32,851 nucleotides of DNA from a virus (taxonomy: Duplodnaviria > Caudoviricetes), in the IMG/VR virus record IMGVR_UViG_3300049042_000245, positions 1 through 32,851 of that record. One strand, 5' to 3'. The notes beneath the pieces were generated by a model. The model saw only the letters and a list, made by a program, of their open reading frames with translations, ran no database searches and had not been told where the DNA came from. Numbering within the stretch: position 1 is the first letter of the stretch; every line of letters begins with the position of its first letter. The position numbers and the translations under genes are program-made. Below are positions 14,500 to 23,640 of the stretch, in pieces.

Positions 14500-14530
14500 G
14501 CCCCAGCCGAAAGGCTGGGGCCCTTGCTTC
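14500..14530 (+). terminator. Terminator T4 at the early/late convergence point
   Basis: GCCCCAGCC-GAAA-GGCTGGGGC; 14492-14521 identical to 10747-10776. Confidence 0.75.
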
Positions 14531-14568
14531 GGATAAGCCTAGAGCTCACCGACCACGAAGCCAGAACC

Positions 14569-14796
14569 CTAGTCGTGCTTCGGCAAGCTGTCAAGCTTGG
14601 GAGGGTCGGTAGGGCGAAACCCTAGCGCAATCATGGCACCGCCAAGCTGAGACGCCAAGGTTATGGCGAGCATCTCCAACACCTGAGGGATGGGCCGCGA
14701 CAGCACGGCAAGTACCACAATCCCCAAGACCACCACGTTGGATGTCGACCCGAAAGCCAGCAGCACTAGCCGCCGGTCTAGATGATGGTGCATCAT
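14569..14796 (-). CDS. Two-TM membrane protein, holin/lysis accessory candidate
   Basis: GGAGG 7 nt before ATG 14796; two hydrophobic segments; downstream of the lysin. Confidence 0.65.
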   Translation of the reverse strand: MMHHHLDRRLVLLAFGSTSNVVVLGIVVLAVLSRPIPQVLEMLAITLASQLGGAMIALGFRPTDPPKLDSLPKHD

Positions 14797-14906
14797 GGCG
14801 ATGCCTCCCATGGTGATGATGGCTGCTGCTCAGCAGGCCAAGCACCGTCACGACAGCCAACAGGACAGCCAACCCGACAGACACTACGGCAGACATCGGC
14901 AGTCAC
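14793..14906 (-). CDS. Small Cys-rich protein, 37 aa (MTADVCRSVCRVGCPVGCRDG...)
   Basis: GTG immediately after the lysin stop; ATGA coupling to the next gene; a competing ORF exists in another frame. Confidence 0.4.
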   Translation of the reverse strand: MTADVCRSVCRVGCPVGCRDGAWPAEQQPSSPWEASP

Positions 14907-15815
14907 TCAGCAGCCTTTGAGCGCGGCGCGCGTCAACGGGCCAACAATGCCGTCAATGGACAGACCGCGCGAAGCCTGAAACGCCATCACCCCAGATTCT
15001 GTGAGAGGCCCGAAAACACCGTCAACAGGCCCAGGGTCGAAGCCGAGGCCAACCAATCGTGACTGCAGCTGTGCGACATCGACACCATCCAACATGGGAT
15101 GGGCCAGGAACAGGTCTCTAGGTGCCTCTGTGGGCTGGTCTGGGATTACAGCAGACACGACATAGGATGCGGGCCCAACGTTAAGGTCTAGGTTGCCGAG
15201 CGATGACGTAGACGTGAACTGCCACAGCAACGCGTCAGACCACGCGGACGGCAGTGCAGGGTTGCGGTAGCCAGGCCAAACCTTGCCGTCGCTGTAATCA
15301 GACACCCACAACGGTCTAGAACCGTCACCGATCTTGCCGTTCGACCACCAACCCGCGCTGTAAATCCCGACACGAACCCCAGGCAAAGCAGCCTCTACCG
15401 CGTCTGCCATAAGCCCGATATACGCGTCGTAACCGTCAGGCACGTGGTGCAGGTCATAGGTGCCGTCCTCGCAATCAAGCCACACGGCAACCGGCAAAGC
15501 CGACAAGGCGGGCAACACAGACAGGGCATCGAGCAGGCAAGCTGCTTCACGGTTCGCGTCACGGAAAGACAGGTAGTGATACGCGGCCCATGGGACACCC
15601 AGGGCCAGGCAGTCCGCTACCTGCCCGGCAGCCTCCTCGGACCGGTAACCGGTCCCCTCGCTCGTCTTGATAACCGCCCAATCGGGCCGGACACCGTCAG
15701 CCCAAAGCTGCCCGATAATGCCCGGAGATTGCCAGCCCGACACGTCAACACCAAACGTCGCCCATGACGGGTCGGCATCTGGGAACGATGCCCTAAACAC
15801 CTGCTCGATGGTCAA
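14907..15815 (-). CDS. Endolysin: GH25 muramidase plus peptidoglycan-binding domain
   Basis: GVDVSGWQ, IKTSEG, AYHY, WLDCE, LWQFTS, LDLN; C-terminal DGVFGPLT...FQ...DGIVGPLT. Confidence 0.92.
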   Translation of the reverse strand: MTIEQVFRASFPDADPSWATFGVDVSGWQSPGIIGQLWADGVRPDWAVIKTSEGTGYRSEEAAGQVADCLALGVPWAAYHYLSFRDANREAACLLDALSVLPALSALPVAVWLDCEDGTYDLHHVPDGYDAYIGLMADAVEAALPGVRVGIYSAGWWSNGKIGDGSRPLWVSDYSDGKVWPGYRNPALPSAWSDALLWQFTSTSSLGNLDLNVGPASYVVSAVIPDQPTEAPRDLFLAHPMLDGVDVAQLQSRLVGLGFDPGPVDGVFGPLTESGVMAFQASRGLSIDGIVGPLTRAALKGC

Positions 15816-15831
15816 AACAGAGCCCTTTCCT

Positions 15832-16335
15832 TTAGAAGCCTACGAAGTATCCCCAGAAACTGCAGCTAACCGTTAACGCACCGCCACTAGTTTGCAGCGC
15901 AAACACCTCAAGATACGACGCGGCAGTGACCGAAACCAAAGCCGCAACCTGAATTGATGTTGCTGCACCCGTGATTGGTACAGCCGTAACAAGGGCACCC
16001 GTAGAAGCACCGTTGTAATAGAAAGTGGCTTGCCGGTAGCCCGTCGCATTTGACGCAAACGCAAGCTGAGCTCCAACCGCATACTTTCCGGCTGCAGCGA
16101 ACGTAACCCGGCTTGTGTTGGTTGTGGTGCTGTGCAGGTTCGCGTTGTCGATCGACTCAGTATCAAGGGTGATTGCCGTTTGCACGGCTGTTGTGGTGCT
16201 CTGCGCCACGCTGTTAGCCAGAAACCAAACCGGCTTATCAGTCGACAGGTAAAGCATGTTGTCACGCAACTGTGTGTTTAGCTGCGCTGCCGTCAACGTG
16301 GTTGAAGTCCACGTACTAGGCGCTGTCCAAGCCAT
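15832..16335 (-). CDS. Minor tail protein / receptor-binding candidate
   Basis: MAWTAPSTW...LTAAQLNTQLRDN N-terminus and beta-rich C1q/TNF-like C-terminus; position. Confidence 0.7.
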   Translation of the reverse strand: MAWTAPSTWTSTTLTAAQLNTQLRDNMLYLSTDKPVWFLANSVAQSTTTAVQTAITLDTESIDNANLHSTTTNTSRVTFAAAGKYAVGAQLAFASNATGYRQATFYYNGASTGALVTAVPITGAATSIQVAALVSVTAASYLEVFALQTSGGALTVSCSFWGYFVGF

Positions 16336-16347
16336 TCCTAACCTTCC

Positions 16348-18186
16348 TCAGAACGCTATAGGTGTAGCACTACCAAGGGCATGGGTGCCCAGAATGAAAT
16401 AGGTGGTAGCCAACGCGGGAGGACCGCCAAACTTTGTGATCCATTGCAGGTTATACACGTCAATGTCATGGGTCAGCATCTCAATCGAGATGGTGTAAGT
16501 AGTTGCAGTGCCAACCCCACCGACATGAGGCACCTTAACGGCCACCTTTTCCCAGATATCGAGAGTTGGGACCAAAGACGCCAACGTAGAGGTATGCCTA
16601 GCGTTGACTGTCACCGATTCAAGACGCGGCGAAGGATCAGCATAATTAGCAATCAACCATCTACCCCTACTAATGACATCGTTGTCGTTAGCTAAATAAA
16701 GGTTGGTTGAACTGTCGTCGGAAATAGGCAGATACCTAGCGATACTTGTAGCGTCAGTGAACTTATACGGCAACCCGTTTTGCCTGCTCACCGAAATAGT
16801 GTTCTTGATCAAAGCATCGTCCTGGGCGGGCTGAGCGTCCATATAGCGATGATCTGCGCCAGACACCCCAAACGTTGCCTGGGTCGTGGAGTATGCCGCC
16901 ACCTCATTACGCGACAGACGAGAACGGAACGTCACAAGCCCGGCAGGATCGACCCACAAGCCGCCACCATCGGCAATGGCGATGGTCTGGCACAAATCCA
17001 ACGCGGAGCCCGTCACACGGTCCACAGACGGCACCGTAACCCCACCAGCGTCTATCGACCTGTCAGCCGAAGGCCAACCGGCAAGATCCAAAATCCGGCC
17101 GATACGCTGCCCGGACGTGTCCCCTGCCCAGCCAGACGCAGACGCATAATGATTAGCGACCTGAGTAGCAGTAAGAGCCACGTTGTAGGCCGCTATCTCG
17201 CGAATCCGAGCAGTAGACGCAGGGGCTACGCCAGGCCCCGAACAGAACACGTAGCTAGTGGGGTTTGGCCCAGTGCCAACCACAAACACCGGCAACGCAC
17301 TAGCTGCCGAGCTCGATAACACACCATCGACATACACCGACAATGTGGTTCCGTTGCTAGTCCAGACCACATGATGCCAACTTCCATCGGCAACGCTTCT
17401 TGCTGTCGTTACCGTGCCACGCGTCAACCGTCCGTTAGCCGTCACATCAATAACGGCACCCGTGTCCGGGGCAGTCGCGATGTAACTAACGAGTGACTGG
17501 GTAGCCCCAGGCTGTTGGGACATTTGCACCCAGAATTCAAGCGACTGAGCGGCAGGCGCACTAGCCCACAACTGCCCGACAGGCAACCCGCCACCATACG
17601 TTGGGAACGCCACGCTATACGGACTCAGAGCGGTAAACCCTTGTCCTTCGGCGAACCAAAAGAACGCACCAGAAACACCGGTAGGAGAGTAAACGTTGTC
17701 AAGCAGGTCATCGACAGCGTTACTGATCCCCTGTGAAGGGTCGCTAACAGGCCGGTAGATCACGGCACCGTCAGCCTGCACCTGCTCGCCATACCCCAGA
17801 TAATCGACCTTAAGCTGTGCGAGCACGGACAGGGCATCTACAGCGGTAATAGATACCGTGTCACGGTTAGCCTGCCAATTAAGCGACTGAGGCCAACCGG
17901 TGATATAGCCGGTAAATAGCGTGTCTGTGCTTGTCCTAACCCGGAGTTTCTTGCGAGCTCGTAGGTTGCCGTAATACGGCCCAGCCGTATAGGTCGGGTC
18001 AAACCTCCGCGTCGAATTGTCCAGGGTCAAGGCGCATTGCCCGGCCGTGAAAGTCTGGAATTCGCTTGTCCTGCCTCTGGAAATCGAGATGTTGCCGAGC
18101 ACATAGCCAGTGATGTCAACCCAGACCGGCGTAGCCAGAGGGTTTGTCGTAGGCGAGAATTCGACAATGGGAGGGACCCAGGCCAC
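16348..18186 (-). CDS. Minor tail (tail tip) protein with internal LamG/ConA-like domain
   Basis: WVDITGYV..ISISRGR..AGQCALTLDN; SLEFW...DGSWHHVVW...VYVDG...IAAYNVALTATQVANHY. Confidence 0.8.
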   Translation of the reverse strand: MAWVPPIVEFSPTTNPLATPVWVDITGYVLGNISISRGRTSEFQTFTAGQCALTLDNSTRRFDPTYTAGPYYGNLRARKKLRVRTSTDTLFTGYITGWPQSLNWQANRDTVSITAVDALSVLAQLKVDYLGYGEQVQADGAVIYRPVSDPSQGISNAVDDLLDNVYSPTGVSGAFFWFAEGQGFTALSPYSVAFPTYGGGLPVGQLWASAPAAQSLEFWVQMSQQPGATQSLVSYIATAPDTGAVIDVTANGRLTRGTVTTARSVADGSWHHVVWTSNGTTLSVYVDGVLSSSAASALPVFVVGTGPNPTSYVFCSGPGVAPASTARIREIAAYNVALTATQVANHYASASGWAGDTSGQRIGRILDLAGWPSADRSIDAGGVTVPSVDRVTGSALDLCQTIAIADGGGLWVDPAGLVTFRSRLSRNEVAAYSTTQATFGVSGADHRYMDAQPAQDDALIKNTISVSRQNGLPYKFTDATSIARYLPISDDSSTNLYLANDNDVISRGRWLIANYADPSPRLESVTVNARHTSTLASLVPTLDIWEKVAVKVPHVGGVGTATTYTISIEMLTHDIDVYNLQWITKFGGPPALATTYFILGTHALGSATPIAF

Positions 18187-18189
18187 AGG

Positions 18190-20313
18190 TCAGATCCTGC
18201 CTGTAACAGCCACAGGAAGGCTGCCGTTGGTCCGCTGGAAATTACGTAGAGCATGCACTACATCAGCACCGTTAGCACCGACAGGCATTGCCACGTTCAC
18301 CGTGCCAATAGACACGGTTGATGCACGCTGTCCGGCAAACATCGAGTCGCCCAACATCATCGGTTCGGGCGCAGGAAACCCGCCAGCGAAACTGCCAACA
18401 GGAGGAGCGTAATCACCGATCCGGCCGATGCTCGGCATGGTCAGCGTGAATCCACCGAACTGTTTCCCGAACACTTCAAACGGAGGTATGCGAAATTCAA
18501 GGGCGTTCCACCGGTCAATAATAAAATTTATGGCTTCAATAAATGCCTGTTTCACGCCATTAAATGCACCGCTGACAGCTTCGCCAACTTTGCCGCCAAT
18601 AGCGCCAACAAGACCAACAACAATGTCAATGCCGCCACGAACAATGGAATAGATAGTGTCCCACACACCACTAACAATGTCCTTTACGGCTGTCCATGCT
18701 GCAGACCAGTTGCCGCTAAGAACAGCAGTAAAGAAATCTATGACACCTTGGATGACGCCTAGGGCGTTCTTGATGATTGGGATAATCAAACTGAACACGT
18801 GACCGATGCCGTCTAGAAGCTCGTCACCGAACTTGGCCCACAGAACCGTGATCGCTTCAACCGTAACATCAAAATATGCCTTAGCCAACCCAAACAACTT
18901 GATAACGGTTTTAACTACTTCGTCAACAACGCTTGAAATCTCAGGCCAATGCTCTTGGAAGAAACCAACGACGATAGAGACAGCTTCCATGTAGCCGGTG
19001 AACATGGTTTGCAGGCGAGGCCAAACGTCCTCTACAAGCACCCTGCCAACCTGTCGAAAGGCTTCCTGCACCCCAGGCCAAGCCGCGACGATCACGTCAA
19101 CCACGCGACGCGCCACGTTCCCGATTCGTTCCATGGTGCCAGCAAACCCAGACGAAGTGACATCACCGTTACCGGCAACAAAGGCTGCAGTCATGGCACG
19201 AACGCCACCCGAAACCTGTTCAAATAAAGTCTTTATGGTTGGGCCGTACTTGTCCCACAGCCGGAACAACGCGTCAAACCCTTTCTGACCAATATCGGAA
19301 AGAGCAACCATAACCTTATTCTTCATGAGCGCAAACACTGCGCTAACGGTCCGCTCTGTTTCTTTGGCGCGTTCCTGCATATTCTGACCTGCAGCACCGA
19401 TACCCGTAAGGTTCGCCTTGAACGCGTCAGCCTGCGGACCTGTCAAAGCAAGCACACTGTTAAGACCTTCGACAGAACCGAAAAGCTGTGCCATCGTTTC
19501 AACATTGCCGCCGGTAGCGGACTTGACCTCATCGAGAAACGCAGGCAAACCGACAGCCGCCAAATGGGCTTGGTTGAATTCCAAGCCCAAACTTTGCGCC
19601 ATCTTCTCGGCCTCAGCCGTCGGCTTAATGATCCCGGTAAGAGCACCCTTGATGCCTGCGTAAGCCACAGACGCTTTCTGTCCGGTTGACGTAAGGCCAG
19701 CCGTCGCAGCCATAAGGTCCGTGAACGACACACCGGCAGAAGCCGCTAGCGGGGCGATCTGACCGAAACCCTGGGCGAGCTCGCTAGTCGTTGTCTTGCC
19801 GCTAGCGATAGTCCCGAAAAACGTTTCAGCAGCTTTAGTGCTGTCGAGATTCTCGCCCTTAAAGGAATTCATCGCGCTAGTAATCAGGTCCGTAGCCTCA
19901 GCCGTTGAACCCAAACCAGCCTGAGCCAACTGGCCCGAATCCTTCAACGCTTTAAGTGCAGTGTCCGTGTCGCTAATCCCAGCCGACAAAATCGCATAAG
20001 CACTATTGCCAAGATCCTCCGCGCTCAGAGGACTGTTAGCCACAAGGTCTTTAATGCCAGACGACAGGTCTTTAAATTGCTGCGAGCTCGTACCGACAAG
20101 CGTGCCGATAGGCGTCAAAGCGTCCTGCATCTTCATGGTCGCCCCGGTGACCGCAGCAACACCAGCAACAACGGCAGTGCCCAGCACCATCGCCCCAGCC
20201 TGCAGCTTGCCGCCTAGAGCAGATACCTTGCCCTCGGTGCGTTGCGCGCCAGCGTCAACGTCTCCATCATCCCAACCGACCTTGACCAAAAGCTGAGCGG
20301 CTGTAACCGGCAT
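18190..20313 (-). CDS. Tape measure protein (TP901-like core)
   Basis: 707 aa, Ala/Gly-rich, GKTTTSELA core, C-terminal Trp/Phe amphipathic repeats; follows the chaperones. Confidence 0.92.
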   Translation of the reverse strand: MPVTAAQLLVKVGWDDGDVDAGAQRTEGKVSALGGKLQAGAMVLGTAVVAGVAAVTGATMKMQDALTPIGTLVGTSSQQFKDLSSGIKDLVANSPLSAEDLGNSAYAILSAGISDTDTALKALKDSGQLAQAGLGSTAEATDLITSAMNSFKGENLDSTKAAETFFGTIASGKTTTSELAQGFGQIAPLAASAGVSFTDLMAATAGLTSTGQKASVAYAGIKGALTGIIKPTAEAEKMAQSLGLEFNQAHLAAVGLPAFLDEVKSATGGNVETMAQLFGSVEGLNSVLALTGPQADAFKANLTGIGAAGQNMQERAKETERTVSAVFALMKNKVMVALSDIGQKGFDALFRLWDKYGPTIKTLFEQVSGGVRAMTAAFVAGNGDVTSSGFAGTMERIGNVARRVVDVIVAAWPGVQEAFRQVGRVLVEDVWPRLQTMFTGYMEAVSIVVGFFQEHWPEISSVVDEVVKTVIKLFGLAKAYFDVTVEAITVLWAKFGDELLDGIGHVFSLIIPIIKNALGVIQGVIDFFTAVLSGNWSAAWTAVKDIVSGVWDTIYSIVRGGIDIVVGLVGAIGGKVGEAVSGAFNGVKQAFIEAINFIIDRWNALEFRIPPFEVFGKQFGGFTLTMPSIGRIGDYAPPVGSFAGGFPAPEPMMLGDSMFAGQRASTVSIGTVNVAMPVGANGADVVHALRNFQRTNGSLPVAVTGRI

Positions 20314-20540
20314 TATTGACGCACCTCCTGCGCGTGGTGCTCGATTTCTTGGACCCGAGCAGCCAGGGACACCCAGACCGAGGACCTAGACATGATCTCC
20401 TCAGGATGGCAGCCATAGAACTTTGCAGCCTGTATCACGTTCCACCACCATGGTGGGCTGTAATTATCGTAAGGCGTCAAATTCCCGTTTGTAGCCACAA
20501 ACCTGCGAAGATGTCTAACGTCCTCGGCTGTCAGTTTCCC
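20313..20540 (-). CDS. Tail assembly chaperone, -1 frameshift extension
   Basis: Open -1 frame from the slippery GGGAAAC: ...KLTAEDVRHLRRFVATNGNLTPY... Confidence 0.75.
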   Translation of the reverse strand, partial: GKLTAEDVRHLRRFVATNGNLTPYDNYSPPWWWNVIQAAKFYGCHPEEIMSRSSVWVSLAARVQEIEHHAQEVRQ

Positions 20541-20848
20541 AGGCTGTCAACAGCTTCCCGAGATTCAACAAGAATTGACCGGATCACACTAGACGGCAGC
20601 ACCGACCCCACAACCTCGGGGTCAAGCTGCAACGGCTTACCGTCGTCATCCGTGATATCCCAATCACACACAAACTCACAAAAGAACCTCAGCAGTTCGT
20701 CAATCGAGTCGCGGCCCGATGTTTCCGACAACTGAATTTCACGTTCAGGAGTCATAAGGTTCGGCTTTACAGAAAGGTTCACGTCAAACCCTTCAACCCT
20801 AATTGACACCTTTACAGTCCTGTGAGCCCAAGACGAAAAGCTAACCAT
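20531..20848 (-). CDS. Tail assembly chaperone
   Basis: Between major tail and tape measure genes; WDITDDDGKPL; ends G GGA AAC TGA. Confidence 0.85.
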   Translation of the reverse strand: MVSFSSWAHRTVKVSIRVEGFDVNLSVKPNLMTPEREIQLSETSGRDSIDELLRFFCEFVCDWDITDDDGKPLQLDPEVVGSVLPSSVIRSILVESREAVDSLGN

Positions 20849-20879
20849 AATGAGTTTCTCCGTTTACTGATGGTAACCG

Positions 20880-21872
20880 TTAAAGAGCAGTCACCTTGTT
20901 GGTAAGGGCAACAGTAGTAGCCTTGCCCCACGTCGAATCGTGAACAGCCTTGAAAGTCCAATCAATGGCATAAACACCGTCCACGTCTTTAAGCTCTTTA
21001 GGAGCTTCGGACACGACAGCACACAAATCCCACAGCATCGAATACTTCGTAGTCGTTGCACCTGCACTAGTCGGGCTAGTTGCATTGATACGAATAAACG
21101 ACTTCGTGCCCGCTCGCATACTGGTAAGCAAAGCCATACCCGTAGCATCAGCCTCTAGAGTCATCTTCAACGACATGTCGATAGCGGTTTCCACCGGCAC
21201 CGACCAAGACGACTCGGCAGCATCAACCACCCAGATAGGGGCACGCACGTTCGACATTGCAAGTTCCCAGGACATCACCCGTGCAAGCTTCGTGGTGCCC
21301 AGACCGGCAGACGTGGTATCAGCATAAATGCTGACTTCACCCGGCATCATCATTACCTGACTACCGACAGTCGTAGGCGAAGCAGTCAGCGTGATGCCAT
21401 CGGTAAACTGCTTACCCAAGAACGTGCCCGAAACATCAAGAGCGTTCTTACGGTCACCCTTCAACGTCATGTCGGTCATAAAGTTATAAACCGACTTGTG
21501 CGCCCGAACCGACGAACCCTGTTCGATCGTGTATGTCTGAATGGTGTCCTCAGCATCAGACGTAGGGGCAATAGTCCAAGTCCGAGCAGAAGTATCAACC
21601 GTGCTAGGCGTAACCTTCTTGATAAGCGAGGAAAGAAGGTAGGTGAGCTCATCGTAGGACGGCACACCTGAAACCTTCGTGGAAGTCCATTCCTGGCCCA
21701 GCACCGCGCCAGTCGTGAACTTCAGAGCACCCGTAGTGACATCAGTAAGAGACCCGTCGATAGACGTGCTAAAGGCCAGAGACGGCAGAAACTTGGAGGC
21801 AGCAACGGACGTGCCTGCCGTTGATTCTGCGCCAAGCTGGGACTTCTGGGTTACGCTAGTACGCTCCGGCAT
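20880..21872 (-). CDS. Major tail (tube) protein
   Basis: 330 aa, Ser/Thr-rich; QLGAESTAGT, TYTIEQG; position. Confidence 0.82.
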   Translation of the reverse strand: MPERTSVTQKSQLGAESTAGTSVAASKFLPSLAFSTSIDGSLTDVTTGALKFTTGAVLGQEWTSTKVSGVPSYDELTYLLSSLIKKVTPSTVDTSARTWTIAPTSDAEDTIQTYTIEQGSSVRAHKSVYNFMTDMTLKGDRKNALDVSGTFLGKQFTDGITLTASPTTVGSQVMMMPGEVSIYADTTSAGLGTTKLARVMSWELAMSNVRAPIWVVDAAESSWSVPVETAIDMSLKMTLEADATGMALLTSMRAGTKSFIRINATSPTSAGATTTKYSMLWDLCAVVSEAPKELKDVDGVYAIDWTFKAVHDSTWGKATTVALTNKVTAL

Positions 21873-21882
21873 GTTGCCTTCC

Positions 21883-22305
21883 TCAGTTCAAATTCTGGGC
21901 TTGAATCCGATAAATCCCGCCGGAATGACGGAACTGTTTCCCGTTATCGTCCTCGACTAGCCGGAACGATTCCTCACGTTGGCTGCTGTAAATCGTCGCA
22001 CCGTCAGCCGTACCGCTCGCACCCTGCAACACGGCATCAATACGTTTAGCGATGGTCTTAGCGACAACGAAAGACACGTCGTCAACAATACCGCGAACCA
22101 CCCAAAGCTGATTGCTCATAATCCGGTTATTGATGTCCGCTGTAACAACATCAACAGCAGACAGCATGTTGAACGCCACAAGAGGATAAACCGACCCCTG
22201 CCTAGCAGGAAGCTCAAACACCCCAGTAACCACAGCCATAAGCTGCGTGTCAGCCGTCAACCGCTCGTAAAGCCATTGCGCCACGTTGCTAGGTTCATCA
22301 GCCAA
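21883..22305 (-). CDS. Tail terminator (DUF3168-like)
   Basis: LYERLTADTQL...YPLVAF...IAKRIDAVL; position. Confidence 0.75.
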   Translation of the reverse strand: MADEPSNVAQWLYERLTADTQLMAVVTGVFELPARQGSVYPLVAFNMLSAVDVVTADINNRIMSNQLWVVRGIVDDVSFVVAKTIAKRIDAVLQGASGTADGATIYSSQREESFRLVEDDNGKQFRHSGGIYRIQAQNLN

Positions 22306-22666
22306 CGCTGCTCAAAGCCTCCTCTAGCCGTCCAGCTTTAGCGACGAAATCCGGCCTATGCCGCTCAGCAGACGGCACCATTGCAGGATCACCCGACCAA
22401 TGGTTACCGCCAAACTCGATAAACAAAACATAGAACTTCGGTGCATTACCGGCAACCACACCAGCAACCAAAGCCCCAGCCTTACCCATCCCACGCGAAG
22501 CAGACCAACGGACAACTACCGGAATCTTGTATTTACCCCAAGCGCCTTTAACGTCAGACTCAATGGCGTTGGCGGTTTCCGCCACGATCTCAGCACCATA
22601 TGCCTTAGTGGCTTCCGCCAAAGCACGAAAGTTAGAGAACTCTAAAGTAACGTTGCTTTGGCTCAT
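22298..22666 (-). CDS. Neck/tail completion protein (HK97 gp10-like)
   Basis: YVLFIEFG...PAMVPSAE; ATGA-coupled start at 22666. Confidence 0.7.
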   Translation of the reverse strand: MSQSNVTLEFSNFRALAEATKAYGAEIVAETANAIESDVKGAWGKYKIPVVVRWSASRGMGKAGALVAGVVAGNAPKFYVLFIEFGGNHWSGDPAMVPSAERHRPDFVAKAGRLEEALSSVG

Positions 22667-23031
22667 TGCACCAACACCAGCGAAACACGAACGAACAAAT
22701 CCCAAGACCGGGCACCGTCGTCCTCCGCCACCTCGTAGGTGACACCATCGACAACGACACGGTCAGACGCAACCAACACCGTGCCCGCAGGAACCGTAAG
22801 AGTCCATGTCTCAGAGCTCGTCAAACGGCCCGAAGAAACCCGCTCGCCGCTAGCGCTGACACCCATGGGAGACAAGCGGCAAGCCACGCCAGAAGCCCGC
22901 ACGGACCACGTGCGAAGCTGTGACCCCATCCCGTCCGACGATTCAACAGCCATCATGATGGTGCAAACATCAGGCAGCGACACCACACCATCGGCCCGCA
23001 TATCGACAAGCTCACCGTTCGACAGCATCAC
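22663..23031 (-). CDS. Head-to-tail stopper
   Basis: SDGMGS...VACRL...DRVVVDGVTYEV; position. Confidence 0.75.
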   Translation of the reverse strand: MMLSNGELVDMRADGVVSLPDVCTIMMAVESSDGMGSQLRTWSVRASGVACRLSPMGVSASGERVSSGRLTSSETWTLTVPAGTVLVASDRVVVDGVTYEVAEDDGARSWDLFVRVSLVLVQ

Positions 23032-23555
23032 GAATCAACCAACGTGACAGTCAATGGGGCGCGCTTCCCGTAAACGTCTGCCATTTGCATGCAATGGGCA
23101 AACCATTGGTTACGTGTGAAGGTCTGCCCGTCAGTGCCAAACGCATACTTGTGCGCCACTAGACCGGCTTTCCACCTCCAGCCGACAGCAGCCGCAGCGT
23201 TGAGGTCATACGTTCGTGACCACAAAGACCCGTTATCAACCCACCGAATGCCGTTGTCCTCAGCCACATAAGTAGCAGCAGGCAGCCCGCGCAGATCTGG
23301 GAACGTCACACCCCCACTAGTGCCAGGCGTTGACGCCAACCAAAACCGGTCACCCGAACGCACCAGATCCCCAGGCACATACGCAACACCAGACGCATAC
23401 ACGGCAACATCAGACAGGTTGGCAGGGCTGTTACCGTAAACGTCAACACGTTCGGAAATCGACAACAACAAATCGACCTGTTCATCGGTCAAAGTCGGTT
23501 CTTCCGATGTTGCCAGCATCGAGCGTAGAAGCTGCACAGCCTTGGAGTACTGCAC
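23028..23555 (-). CDS. Head-to-tail adaptor with inserted carbohydrate-binding-like module
   Basis: EPTLTDEQV...YDLNAAAAVGWRWKA core; insert YASGVAYVPGDLVRSGDRFWLASTPGTSG. Confidence 0.7.
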   Translation of the reverse strand: MQYSKAVQLLRSMLATSEEPTLTDEQVDLLLSISERVDVYGNSPANLSDVAVYASGVAYVPGDLVRSGDRFWLASTPGTSGGVTFPDLRGLPAATYVAEDNGIRWVDNGSLWSRTYDLNAAAAVGWRWKAGLVAHKYAFGTDGQTFTRNQWFAHCMQMADVYGKRAPLTVTLVDS

Positions 23556-23580
23556 CGTAACGACCTTTCAAGGGCTAGTG

Positions 23581-23622
23581 AGGAGCAGCCCAGGGCACGG
23601 AGAAACACCCCAGGCCGCTCCT
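23581..23622 (-). terminator. Hairpin after the major capsid gene (terminator or mRNA stabiliser)
   Basis: Minus strand AGGAGCGGCCTGGGG...CCCTGGGCTGCTCCT, 15 bp including G-U pairs; no U tract. Confidence 0.6.
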
Positions 23623-23640
23623 CGATCACAGCACTAGCGA

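Noticed and set aside
15832-18186. Diversity-generating retroelement acting on tail genes
   Set aside because: No reverse transcriptase and no template/variable repeat pair seen.
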